Source: an uncultured Chloroflexia bacterium
Lineage (GTDB): Bacteria > Chloroflexota > Anaerolineae > CG2-30-64-16
Direction: 5' to 3'
Assembly (NCBI GenBank): GCA_963810095.1
Contig: CAWEMM010000006.1
Coordinates: 384,001-448,000 of the forward strand
DNA: 64,000 bases
Positions 39,945 through 49,291 of this stretch are shown piece after piece (within the stretch, counting starts at the first letter, position 1; the number at the start of each line of letters is the position of its first letter). The position numbers and the translations under genes are program-made. Below the pieces are notes generated by a model. That model had not been told where the DNA came from. It did no database searches and saw nothing but the letters and a program-made list of their open reading frames with translations.

Positions 39945-40778
39945 CTATTCGAACAAACTAGACGCAACGCTGCCATCCGTGTCCGCAGGCCAGGCCTGCG
40001 CGAAGGCTTCCCGGCTCATCATGGCCTTCACCGTCGCGTCGGGCAGGCGGCGGAAGAGATTGCCCGGGCCGAACTGCGTGCGGTGGCAGTTCAGGGCGGA
40101 CCACTTTGCTTCTACCGTTTCTGAAACGTCGACGACGGCCGTGATGTCCTCGTCGGGCCAGCCGCGCCCCTCCCCTTCCAGCAGCCAGCCGTACTCCTTC
40201 TCGTCCATCCCCAGCGCTTTCATCTCGTCGGCCATCCGGCGGAAGAAGGAACGCGGGATGGCGGTGTAGTACAGGCGGGCGGCCTGCCACGGTGCTCCGA
40301 GCTCGGGGTAACGCTCGGGGTCGGCCGCGGCGTGGAAGGCAGTGACCGTGTGCCGGTGGATGGCGATATGGTCCGGGTGGCCGTAACCGCCCCCCGGCTC
40401 GAACGTGACCACGACCTCGGGGCGCACGCGGCGCATGATGGCGACCAACTGCCGCACGACCTCGTCGGCGGGAGCATTCACGAAGGCCTGTGGGTGGCCG
40501 TTTTCCGGGGTGCCCGCCATGCCCGAGTCCCGGTAACCCAGGAAGATCAGCTCGCACACGCCCATCGTCTCGGCCGCGCAGCGCAGCTCGTTCTCGCGCA
40601 CCTCGCCCAGCGTTTCGGGGGTCGCGCCGGTCCCTTCGGCGATCTCGCCCACCTCGCCACGGGTTGCGCACACCAGGGTGGTGGTCACGCCCTCGCTCGC
40701 GTAGCGCGCGAGCGTCCCGCCCGTGCCGAACGCTTCATCGTCCGGATGGGCAAACACGGCCAACAACGAATGCTCCAC
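39945..40778 (-). CDS. PIG-L family deacetylase (MshB/BshB-like)
   Basis: AHPDDE, TRGEVGE, YRDSGMAG, GGYGHPDH, H-x-TQ. Confidence 0.92.
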   Translation of the reverse strand: MEHSLLAVFAHPDDEAFGTGGTLARYASEGVTTTLVCATRGEVGEIAEGTGATPETLGEVRENELRCAAETMGVCELIFLGYRDSGMAGTPENGHPQAFVNAPADEVVRQLVAIMRRVRPEVVVTFEPGGGYGHPDHIAIHRHTVTAFHAAADPERYPELGAPWQAARLYYTAIPRSFFRRMADEMKALGMDEKEYGWLLEGEGRGWPDEDITAVVDVSETVEAKWSALNCHRTQFGPGNLFRRLPDATVKAMMSREAFAQAWPADTDGSVASSLFE

Positions 40779-40801
40779 TTCCCCTCCTAAGGTAAGCAGG
40801 A

Positions 40802-40894
40802 ATGGGACGCTGATCGGAATTACCTGACTGATCTTCATGATCTTGTTCGTGAGAGATCCGGCAGATCAGTCCAATCAGTTCAACTGTGTCCCAT
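40802..40894. repeat. Palindromic element family E
   Basis: atgggacgctgat ... atcagtccaatcagttcaactgtgtcccat. Confidence 0.75.
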
Positions 40895-42097
40895 TATTGC
40901 TTCGCGTTTTTCACGTACTTGTCGAAGAACGCGATCGAGCGCTGCATGGCGACGTTGAAGTTCCCCGAGATGTTATGGTTGTCGCCCTTGTACTCGTAAT
41001 ACTCGACCGGCTTGCCCGCTTCTTTGACCTTCGCGTACAGGTCCCGTGAAAACTGCACCGGCACCTCTTCGTCGCCCGAGGCGTGCTGCAGCTGCAGCGG
41101 GCCGGAAAGGTCCGCCACGTACTCTGACGGCGAGATGGATGCCCAGAACGCCGGGTTCTGCTCCGGCGTGCCGTACTTGTCGTAGAACTCCTGCCGCCAG
41201 CGGCGCTGCCGCTCGGGGATGTTCAGCGGCGGTGCGCTGGCCGGCCGGCGCCACTTGGTCAGCATGTCGGTGTAGGGCGCGACCACCCCGCCCCAGATGA
41301 CGCCGGCCTTGACATCCTTCGAGATGACCATCGCCCGCAACGTGATCTGCCCGCCCATGGAGTGGCCCCACATGCCGATGCGGTTCGGGTCTGCGCCGGG
41401 ATACTTCTTGAGCGACGCAAGGGCGTTCATCACGTCGACCGTGTAATCGGGCGAGCCATACCCGCCGCGCGCCTCGCCCTCCGAGCTCCCATGCCCCCGA
41501 TAGTCCGACTTGAGGGTGATGTAGCCGTTCCGCGCAAAGCCGTCCTGGTAGGCCACGTAGCGCTCCGTCGTGCGATACTGATCGGGCGGGATATAGCCGT
41601 GGTTGAAGACGATGATCGGCCAGCCGGTCGCGGGCGCCTTGCCGTTGGGCACCGTGAGCAAGCCGTAGATCTTGAGCCCGTCCGATTGGTATGACGCCAC
41701 GTAGCGCTGGTAATTGCTCCCGGCCTTGAGCGTCTGCTCGATCTTGATCTCGCTGCCCGGGAAGGTCTCCTGGCGCATGGCCTCGATGGCAAGCGGGTTC
41801 GAGCGGCGTTGCCGTTGGCGAGGGCGTCGCTGTTGGCGTCAGCGTCGGGGAAGGCGTCTCGGTCGGCCGGGCAGTCGCGGTCGGTTGTGCGGTGTCCGTG
41901 GCACGCGGCGCCAAAGTCGGGGCCGGCACATGGGTCGGCAAGCCGGTTGTCGCGGCGACGACCTCGGGCGTGTTGGTAGGGGCAGGCGCGGGTGCGGGTC
42001 CGCTCGCAGAACAGCCGGCCAGTGCCAGCCCGAGAAGAACGATGACCGCAAACACCACCAGGGCGTTCGCGCGGCGGGTCAAGTTAATGGGATTCAT
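40894..42097 (-). CDS. Lipoprotein alpha/beta hydrolase (S9-like peptidase/esterase); apparent frameshift near 41800
   Basis: Lipobox LALAGC, PT linker, FNHGY, DYRGHG, WGHSMGG, GDEEV, GDNH. Confidence 0.88.
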
Positions 42098-42171
42098 GTA
42101 CCTGTTTTCGCTCGATATCCTTGTAGGTTGCACCGAAGACCGGGTCCCGGACCTCATCGGGTGCCGGCCGA

Positions 42172-42646
42172 TTATGTCGACCGGAACCCCACCCGGCGGT
42201 GCATGTTGTCGCAGAACGGCTTGTTGTTGGACTCGCCGCAGCGGCACAGGGCCGCCCGGGGCAACTCGCGTTCCTCGCCGTCTTCCTGGCGCAGCACGAT
42301 CCGCCCCCGTACGTACAATGGGCCATCGCGCTGCGGCTCGATGATGGGCGGATCGGGCAGTTCCTCCTGCGCCGCGCCGTCGAGGCGCTCAAAGCGAAGC
42401 GCGCCGGTCGGGCAGCGGCTAACCGCGGCAGCCACCGCGTCTGCCGGCGCTGCGTCGATCAGCACCCACGGCCGGCGGTTCACGTCGAATACCTCGGGCA
42501 GCGCCCGCAGACGAGCGCGCCGTGTGAATACACAGGCCGGGCTCCCAGTACACGGCGATCTGCTCCGTGCGATACGTCCGCTCGACGCCGGGCAGCTTCC
42601 GCTCGTCCGGCTTGCTCGCGGGCGTCGGGGTTGGTATTGGGTCCAT
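42172..42646 (-). CDS. Divergent 4Fe-4S domain + CDGSH iron-sulfur domain protein; apparent frameshift near 42510
   Basis: CIH...FDV-x-RRPW...RCPTGAL; DGPLYVRG; ALCRCGESNNKPFCD-x-x-H. Confidence 0.88.
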
Positions 42647-42733
42647 CGCTCCTCCCGGCAAACCTACAACTCGCGAATCAGCCGGACCACGCCGGCTCAC
42701 CAATCGCAGTACAGGGTTGCGCATGCTCACAGG

Positions 42734-42756
42734 GGGCGAGCTGAAGCTCGCCCTAC
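42734..42756. repeat. REP-like hairpin with CTAC tail
   Basis: gggcgagct-ga-agctcgccc-tac; reads GTAG followed by the hairpin on the minus strand. Confidence 0.5.
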
Positions 42757-42825
42757 AACGAGCCCTTTCCACTTGCGATTACTTCAAGTGCAACCACAGT
42801 GAATCTGTTGAACCATCACGCTCTG

Positions 42826-42937
42826 GCACCCTTCGACTGCGGGCGCTCCTGCAGACCGCCCTCCGCTCAGGATGCCTGCGCTTGAAGCGTCCTGAGCGGA
42901 GGCGCCGCGCAGCTGGCATACCGCAGTCGAAGGATGC
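42826..42937. repeat. Family G palindromic element (intergenic copy)
   Basis: gcacccttcgactgcg...cgctcaggatgc and inverted gcgtcctgagcg...cgcagtcgaaggatgc. Confidence 0.85.
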
Positions 42938-43152
42938 GACCCGACAGAATCAGTGTGCCTGTACTCAGGATCGCCTGTCCTTCCTCGCCGCGGGGCCCGA
43001 ACATTGTAGTGCCTGGCGCGGCCTGATTCTGTAAGCGCGGTAGCATGGGATTTGTCGAGCCCTATGGCATAATACTACCAACTGCAGAATCGAGTCCGCA
43101 ATATGGCCGGGGCTGCGGCCTGTTGCGCCTGTCGCTGAAAGGAGTACACGTC

Positions 43153-43662
43153 ATGGTCAACAACGGGTTGGACGATCAGCTCGAGGGCTACGATGACATG
43201 GGCGAGGACGAGCTCTATTACGAGCTTGACGACGACCGCCGAACAGAGCTCAACGAGATCGTTGGCCTCAAAGTCCTCGGCATCGAGCTGTGGGAAGAGT
43301 CCATTGCCGACGAGGAAGAAGAACAGCCTCCCGCGCCCGAAGAACGGGTATTCGTTGACTGCGATGTGTACTTCGACGACAATGTCGCGCTCGAGCTGTA
43401 TGTCGCGGCAGTGTACCCTGACCCCGAGGGCGAGCCCGTCGTGGGCGTCGATACGATTTTCGCCGCCATCGGCCGGCTGGCCGATGAGAATCTGGAGTTG
43501 ATCGACTTCGGCGAAGCGGACGAGGAAGACGGCGGGATTGCCCTGGCATTCGGCCACGGCGACGACGTCCAAATGGTGCTCGTGGCGAACGCCTGGATGG
43601 TCACCGACTGGGAACCAGACGAGGAAGACGGCGACGACGAACTCGAGGATGACGAGGCCTGA
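43153..43662 (+). CDS. Hypothetical highly acidic protein
   Basis: AAGGAG RBS; open frame very rich in D/E. Confidence 0.7.
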   Translation: MVNNGLDDQLEGYDDMGEDELYYELDDDRRTELNEIVGLKVLGIELWEESIADEEEEQPPAPEERVFVDCDVYFDDNVALELYVAAVYPDPEGEPVVGVDTIFAAIGRLADENLELIDFGEADEEDGGIALAFGHGDDVQMVLVANAWMVTDWEPDEEDGDDELEDDEA

Positions 43663-43664
43663 AG

Positions 43665-44332
43665 TTGACGCGGCTGCGCCTGGCCGTTCTGGACGTCGAT
43701 GGGACCCTTAAGCAAGCCGAGTCGCCCTACCAGTATCTGCACCGGCGGCTCGGCTGCAGCCATCTCGCAGCCGAAAACCGCAGCGCTCGCGCTGAGCGGA
43801 CGAATTTCCTACGGCGAGTGGTTGCGCCGTGACGTTGCGCTCTGGGCGGGGCAGCCGGTCGGAGAAGTGTGCCGGCTGCTGGATGAAAACCCCTTTGTAC
43901 CCGGTGCGCCGGAGTTGCTGCGCGCACTCAAGTCCAGCGGCGTAGTGGTCGCCCTGGTGTCTGCCGGGTTCACCCTCAACACTGACCCCATCGCCGCCGA
44001 GTATGGCGTCGATTACGTGCTGGCGAACGAGCTGATCGAAGAGGGCGGCCTGTTGACCGGCGCGGCGATCAATCACGTCCCCGAAGGGGGCAAGGCCGCG
44101 TTCGTACGCAGCCTCGTCCACCGGCTAGGTATTTCTGCCGACGAGACGATGGCCGCGGGTGACAGCCGCGTCGACCTCGAGTTGTTCGACTGCCGCGGGT
44201 CTGCGGATCGCCGTCAACCCGGTCTCACCCGACCTCGCCGCACGCGCAGACGTCGTCTTCACGCCCGACCTGCGAGGGTCTGTCGACTGGCTCGCCACCC
44301 ACGGGTATCTTAGCCCCCTCGAAAGCACCTGA
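43665..44332 (+). CDS. HAD-IB phosphatase (phosphoserine phosphatase-like); apparent frameshifts near 43780 and 44195
   Basis: LAVLDVDGTL in the upstream frame; LVSAGF, AN-x-L, GK, AAGDS-x-x-D, IAVNP. Confidence 0.8.
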
Positions 44333-44333
44333 T

Positions 44334-44669
44334 TTGGACGCAATCGACTGGCCCGTACTCGGCCGCGGGATCCTATGGGTGTCCGGGCTCAGCGTCGCGC
44401 TGGCCGCGTTCAGCCACGTGCGGTGGGCCGCGAAACGAGCCGGCGTTCCTCTGCGTATTGCAATGGGTTGGGACTCATTTCTCGCGCCGTTCTTCGCGGG
44501 CCTGGTCCTATTCGCCGCCGGCATGGCGCTCGGCGCCGGCCGGCTGTGGGAGGCCATCGCCTGGGGAGTTCTGGCCCTGCTGTTTGTGTGGCAGATGGTG
44601 CTCGCAATCCGTGGGATCAGACGCGCAGACGAGGGCCCGCCCGTTAGCAGAGGAGGAGAAGGTACATGA
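44334..44669 (+). CDS. Hypothetical membrane protein
   Basis: Three hydrophobic helices; stop overlaps the next start (ATGA). Confidence 0.65.
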   Translation: MDAIDWPVLGRGILWVSGLSVALAAFSHVRWAAKRAGVPLRIAMGWDSFLAPFFAGLVLFAAGMALGAGRLWEAIAWGVLALLFVWQMVLAIRGIRRADEGPPVSRGGEGT

Positions 44670-45538
44670 GACGAATCAGCGAAGCAGTAGGCTGGGGCAT
44701 TTTCCTGCTGGTGGCAGGGGCCTTTCTGCTGCTCAAAAACCTCGGCGTATTCGGGCCCTGGGGCGAGGTCGCCTGGGCCGCGTTCTACACGCTGGCCGGG
44801 CTGGGCTTCCTGATCTGGTTCTTCACCGGCACGGAGCATTGGTGGCGGGCCATTCCCGCGTTTACGCTGCTGGGCATTGGCGCAGGCATGTTGGCGGCTT
44901 GGCGCAACGTCGAACTGGGCGCATGGGGGCCGGCGCTCGTCCTGTTAGGTTTGGCGCTGGGGTTCTGGGCCATCCTCATCGTGCGGAAGGAACATTGGTG
45001 GGCGTTGGTGCCGGCCGGGGTTTTGACGACCGTTGCGGTGATGCTGGGCCTCTGGTCACGTCTCGACCCGCTCGGCCGCCTCGCCGTGCTGCTGACCGGC
45101 ATCGGGCTCATGTTCCTGCTGTTGTACGTGATGCGCTATGACGAACACGACGCCCGGTGGGCGGCCGTGCCGGCTGGCGCGCTGCTCCTGCTGGGGGCCG
45201 TAACCCTCGTGACCGCGCTCCCCCTGCCTGCCGTGGTAAAAGACTGGTGGCCGATCCTGCTCGTGATCGGGGGTGCGCTCCTGATCATCCTGGGCCTGGC
45301 GCGGCGCAAATCGGAGCCGGTTACCAATCTGCCCACGCCAGGCAGCTTCGAAAGCCTGCCGCCCGCACCCGGTGCGGCCGTCGTCACCGATCTGCCGCCC
45401 GCGGATGCCCTGCCGTCGAAGCCGCGAACAACGCCCGCGCCTGTTTCACCCCAATCGTCTGCGCCCGCCGCCAAAGGTGAAGTGGACATTTACGAACTGA
45501 TCAAGCAGCAGCCGCCACAAGAGAAGCCGCCGAGCTGA
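44666..45538 (+). CDS. Hypothetical polytopic membrane protein (LiaF/LiaI-like TM repeats)
   Basis: WGIFLLVAG...LL, repeated WWA-x-x-PAG, WWPILLVIGG; Pro-rich tail. Confidence 0.7.
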   Translation: MRRISEAVGWGIFLLVAGAFLLLKNLGVFGPWGEVAWAAFYTLAGLGFLIWFFTGTEHWWRAIPAFTLLGIGAGMLAAWRNVELGAWGPALVLLGLALGFWAILIVRKEHWWALVPAGVLTTVAVMLGLWSRLDPLGRLAVLLTGIGLMFLLLYVMRYDEHDARWAAVPAGALLLLGAVTLVTALPLPAVVKDWWPILLVIGGALLIILGLARRKSEPVTNLPTPGSFESLPPAPGAAVVTDLPPADALPSKPRTTPAPVSPQSSAPAAKGEVDIYELIKQQPPQEKPPS

Positions 45539-45545
45539 TGTGGCC

Positions 45546-45579
45546 AGACCTCCGGGGGCTTGCAAAACCCCGGAGGTCT
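45546..45579. repeat. Palindromic element family B
   Basis: agacctccgggg / ccccggaggtct. Confidence 0.75.
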
Positions 45580-45599
45580 TTATTTCTGGAGGAACCGAG

Positions 45600-46821
45600 A
45601 TGACCGAAGCGTATCTCTACGACGCAATCCGCACCCCTCGCGGGCGAGGGCAAGTCGAATGGAAGCCTCCACGAAACCCCCGCCGTCGAACTGCTCGTCA
45701 CGCTCCTCCATTGCCTCCAACAGCGCCACAAACTCAACACGGCCGAAGTCGACGACGTAGTCTTGGGCTGCGTCACCCCCGTCGGGGAGCAGGGCGCGGA
45801 TATCGCCCGCCTCGCGGTGCTCTATGCCGGGTGGGACGAACGGGTGCCGGGCGTGCAGGAAAACCGGTTCTGCGCCTCGGGCCTCGAAGCGGTCAACCTG
45901 GCTGCCATGAAGGTGCGCTCGGGCTGGCAGGATTTGGTCGTGGCGGGAGGGGTCGAGGCCATGTCGCGCGTGCCGATGGGCGCGGACGGCGGCGCCATCC
46001 CGCCCCTGCCTGACCCCGACCATCGCCTCGCGTACGTTCCCCAGGGCATCTCTGCCGACCTGATTGCTACGATCGAAGGCTTCACCCGCCGCGACGTCGA
46101 CGCCTTCGCACTGCGCTCTCAGCAGCTCGCCGCAACGGCACGGACTGAAGGACGTTTCAAGTCCATCGTCCCGGTGCTGACGCCCCTCGGCCCGGTGAGC
46201 GCCGACGAGCATATCCGGCCCGAGACGACGCTCGAAGGGCTGGCGGCGCTGAAGCCGGCGTTTCAGGCGCTGGGCGAAGCGGGTTACGACGCGGTGGCGC
46301 TGAGCAAGCACCCCGAGGTGACGCGCTCAAAGAGCGGCCGCATCGAGCACGTGCACACGGCCGGAAACTCGTCGGGCATCGTCGACGGTGCGGCGCTCGT
46401 CCTGGTGGGCTCACTCGAAAAGGGTCGGGCACTGGGGTTGCAGCCGCGGGCGCGGATCGTCTCGATGGGGTTGGTGGGCACGGAGCCCACGATCATGCTC
46501 ACCGGTCCGGGCCCGGCTTCGAAGGCCGCGCTCAAGGCCGCGGGCATGTCGGCCGCCGACGTCGACCTGTTCGAGGTCAACGAGGCCTTCGCCGCGGTCG
46601 TCCTGCGCTTCATGCGCGACATGCAGATCGACAGCCTGGACAAGATTAACGTGAACGGCGGTGCGATTGCGCTGGGTCACCCGCTCGGCGCGACCGGTGC
46701 GATGCTGCTGGGGACCGCGTTGGACGAACTCGAACGCCGGGACAAGGAGACTGCGCTGATCACGCTCTGCGTCGGCTTCGGCATGGGCATCGCCACGGTC
46801 ATAGAACGCGCATCGATGTGA
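45600..46821 (+). CDS. Acetyl-CoA C-acetyltransferase (bacterial thiolase); apparent frameshift near 45650
   Basis: [37 protein letters not shown]. Confidence 0.92.
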
Positions 46822-46827
46822 GCCCGT

Positions 46828-46914
46828 ATGGGACGCAGATTGAACTGATGCAACTGATTGACATGATTCTGCACAGCAACAGAGGGATCAGTCCGATCAG
46901 TTCAATCTGTGTCC
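46828..46914. repeat. Palindromic element family E
   Basis: ggacgcagattgaactgat ... atcagttcaatctgtgtcc. Confidence 0.8.
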
Positions 46915-46918
46915 TGTT

Positions 46919-48742
46919 TCAATTCAGGGGGCAGAGGTCGCCGGGCGTGAAGCTGGGGTTGGCATAGCCCCAGTCGGCGAGGAACTGCCATGACCCCTTA
47001 TTGGCCTCCCCGTACTTCGTTGTGTCACGGCACGCCTGGATGACGCTGCTATTGTCCTGGTAGGACTTCAGGAACGCGCTCGCGGCCCCCTTTAGGGCGG
47101 CGTTCGTGATCTGGGCCGGCAAGGCGATAGCCTCGGCGGCGCGACCGGCGGCGACGTACGCCACGATCAGGCGGAAGCGGGCGAAGTCCCGCAGCGTCGC
47201 GACCTCATCCTTGATGGTGCCACACGCGGTCGCCCCCCGATCCGCGATGACGGCCTTATACGCTTCGATCGCCGGGTCGAAGCCGTCCAGCGCCCACTTG
47301 TCGAACGCCTGGTTCGCATCGAGGACTTTGTGGTAAAGGCACGTCGACGGGTCGTAGACCTGCGAGAACAGCACGTATGGCGCGCCCTTGGGAGAGATGT
47401 AGGTTTCCGTCCACGCCCGCTGGGGCCCTGCCCCGACCGAGCCAATCACGCCCCCGTGCACCTGGATTTCGTTCCCCTGGCCCTCGGGCGCCACATTCTT
47501 GATCCTGTACTCCGGATAAGCGATGGTTGGGGAGTCTGTGATCCAGTCCTCGTAGGCTTTGCCGTTCCAGGAATCGACGAACAACGTGCCGAAGCAGGTG
47601 TGCGCGCCGCACGAGGTGTCGCTGTAGACGACGTCGAACTTGCCGTCGGCGTTGATATCCGCGGCTTGTACAAGTTCGATGCGGCCCTGCCCGTCAAACT
47701 TGCGCGCCAAGGCGTAGCCCTTCGATCCCTTGTGGTAGACGAGTAGCTGACCCAAGGGCGTGGCCACGTTCGGTGCAGGGTCGTGGAGCACGACGATCAC
47801 GTCCGCTGAATTCGCCCCCGTGATCGATGCGACAGCGACGCCTTCGCCCGCTTGCCCTACGACCCGGCAGGCAACCAGCCATGCCTGGAGCGTGCCAGGC
47901 GTGCTGCCCGGCTTGTTCAGATACGCAGCCGCGGCGTCAGCATACCCGGCCAGGTTCTTCGGGCAGTCGGCGGGGACCGGCGGAAGGGTCGGCGTTGGGC
48001 CCGCGGGCACGGTGGGCGTGGCCGTTGGAGCGGGTGCGCCAGGGACAACCGAGGGAACGGCGGTAGGCGAACTGGTCGGAACCCCGGCCGTCGGCTCAGG
48101 CGCGACGGGCGCCGGCGTATCTGTGGGCAGCGGCGTTTCGGTGGCCGTGGCCGTAGGCTCGGTCGCAGCCGGCGTGACCGGAGTCGGGGTCAGCACGGGC
48201 TGTGCAGGCGCTGCGCCCGTTGGAGTCGCCGTGGGCGGCGGCAGCGCGGTCGTGGTCGCGGTCGGCGTGACGGGCGTCGCACCCTTCGGCAGTGCGGGAA
48301 TCCACACGCGCTGGCCGATGTACAGCCACTGCTGCCGGTTCACGAGGCCCGGATTCGCGGCCCAGAGCTGCTGCAGCGGCACGCCGGTTGCCCGGGAGAG
48401 CTTGTTCCACGTGTCGCCGGGCTTGACCTGGTACCAGTATCCGCCCTGCTCCACCCCGCCGCCTTGCGCCGGAACGCAGAGTTTCTCGCCCGCGTAGATC
48501 AGGTCACGGGGACGAATGGCCTGGGGATTGGCGCTCTTGAGCGCGCCGGCCGGCTGACCAACGCGCCGTGCAATGCTGGTCCACGTCTCGCCAAGTTTTA
48601 CGGTATAATAGTAGCCGCTGCACTGGCCTGCCTGGGGCTGATTGTCCGCCTGTGTAATGGCCACGGGGACGGCCAGGCATACCAAGCCCAACAGGGCAAA
48701 CGCCAGGATCACGTGCGAGCGGCGTATCGGGGATCGTTTCAT
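46919..48742 (-). CDS. Secreted protein with two LysM domains, long PT linker and Cys-containing C-terminal domain
   Basis: YTVKLGETW...ANP; YQVKPGDTW...ANP; ADINADGKFDVV; CGAHTC. Confidence 0.85.
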   Translation of the reverse strand: MKRSPIRRSHVILAFALLGLVCLAVPVAITQADNQPQAGQCSGYYYTVKLGETWTSIARRVGQPAGALKSANPQAIRPRDLIYAGEKLCVPAQGGGVEQGGYWYQVKPGDTWNKLSRATGVPLQQLWAANPGLVNRQQWLYIGQRVWIPALPKGATPVTPTATTTALPPPTATPTGAAPAQPVLTPTPVTPAATEPTATATETPLPTDTPAPVAPEPTAGVPTSSPTAVPSVVPGAPAPTATPTVPAGPTPTLPPVPADCPKNLAGYADAAAAYLNKPGSTPGTLQAWLVACRVVGQAGEGVAVASITGANSADVIVVLHDPAPNVATPLGQLLVYHKGSKGYALARKFDGQGRIELVQAADINADGKFDVVYSDTSCGAHTCFGTLFVDSWNGKAYEDWITDSPTIAYPEYRIKNVAPEGQGNEIQVHGGVIGSVGAGPQRAWTETYISPKGAPYVLFSQVYDPSTCLYHKVLDANQAFDKWALDGFDPAIEAYKAVIADRGATACGTIKDEVATLRDFARFRLIVAYVAAGRAAEAIALPAQITNAALKGAASAFLKSYQDNSSVIQACRDTTKYGEANKGSWQFLADWGYANPSFTPGDLCPLN

Positions 48743-48961
48743 CGTCCTTCGCTCCTTTCGCGGTCTGCCCGGCTAGAAGCGGGAGCGCTATTCGCCAAGC
48801 AGATGCATCGCGCTGGGGATAGTATACACCAATCAACAAATAAATCAAGCTTAATTTTTAGGATGGCGTTTCTTCTTTCGGCTTGAGTTGCGGGTTCTCG
48901 CCCGCCATCCCGGCCCGAAATCAAGAGCCGGCCAGTCCACACAACACGCATTGGAGGAGTC

Positions 48962-49291
48962 ATGTCGAGGGAAGTCGTAGTCTACATGTCGCCGTGGTGC
49001 TCGAGCAGCGCTGACACCCAGCGAGCGTTAGCCGAGTGGGGCGTGCCGGCGAAATTCGTCAATATCAAAGAGGACCGGGCCGCCGCGACCCGCCTGCGCG
49101 AGATGGTCGGGTTCGAGAGCGTGCCCACGGTCATCTGCGCCGAAGCAGGCAGCGTCGAGCCGTGCGAGCCCCCCGTCGCATTGGCGAAGGGCGGCAGCCC
49201 GCGCGGCCTGGACCGCGGGAGCGTGATCACCGAGGCAAGTCGCGTGCAACTGCGAAGCTGGCTGGTCAAGCAAGGATTCCTCACGGAGTAA
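48962..49291 (+). CDS. Glutaredoxin-like protein (CxxS)
   Basis: VVVYMSPWCSSS...GFESVPTV. Confidence 0.8.
   Translation: MSREVVVYMSPWCSSSADTQRALAEWGVPAKFVNIKEDRAAATRLREMVGFESVPTVICAEAGSVEPCEPPVALAKGGSPRGLDRGSVITEASRVQLRSWLVKQGFLTE

Noticed and set aside
39864-46914. Family E and other short repeats as a possible CRISPR array
   Set aside because: The copies are dispersed inverted elements, not regularly spaced direct repeats with spacers; no cas genes.
48860-48912. tRNA-like fragment (gcggg-ttctcg-cccgc with ggatggcg/cgccatcc pairing)
   Set aside because: It spans only about 50 nt, the loop is 6 nt without TTCGA, and there is no D or anticodon arm.
48962-49291. Possible selenocysteine glutaredoxin
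   Set aside because: The active site reads CSSS with a normal TGC codon; no in-frame TGA.
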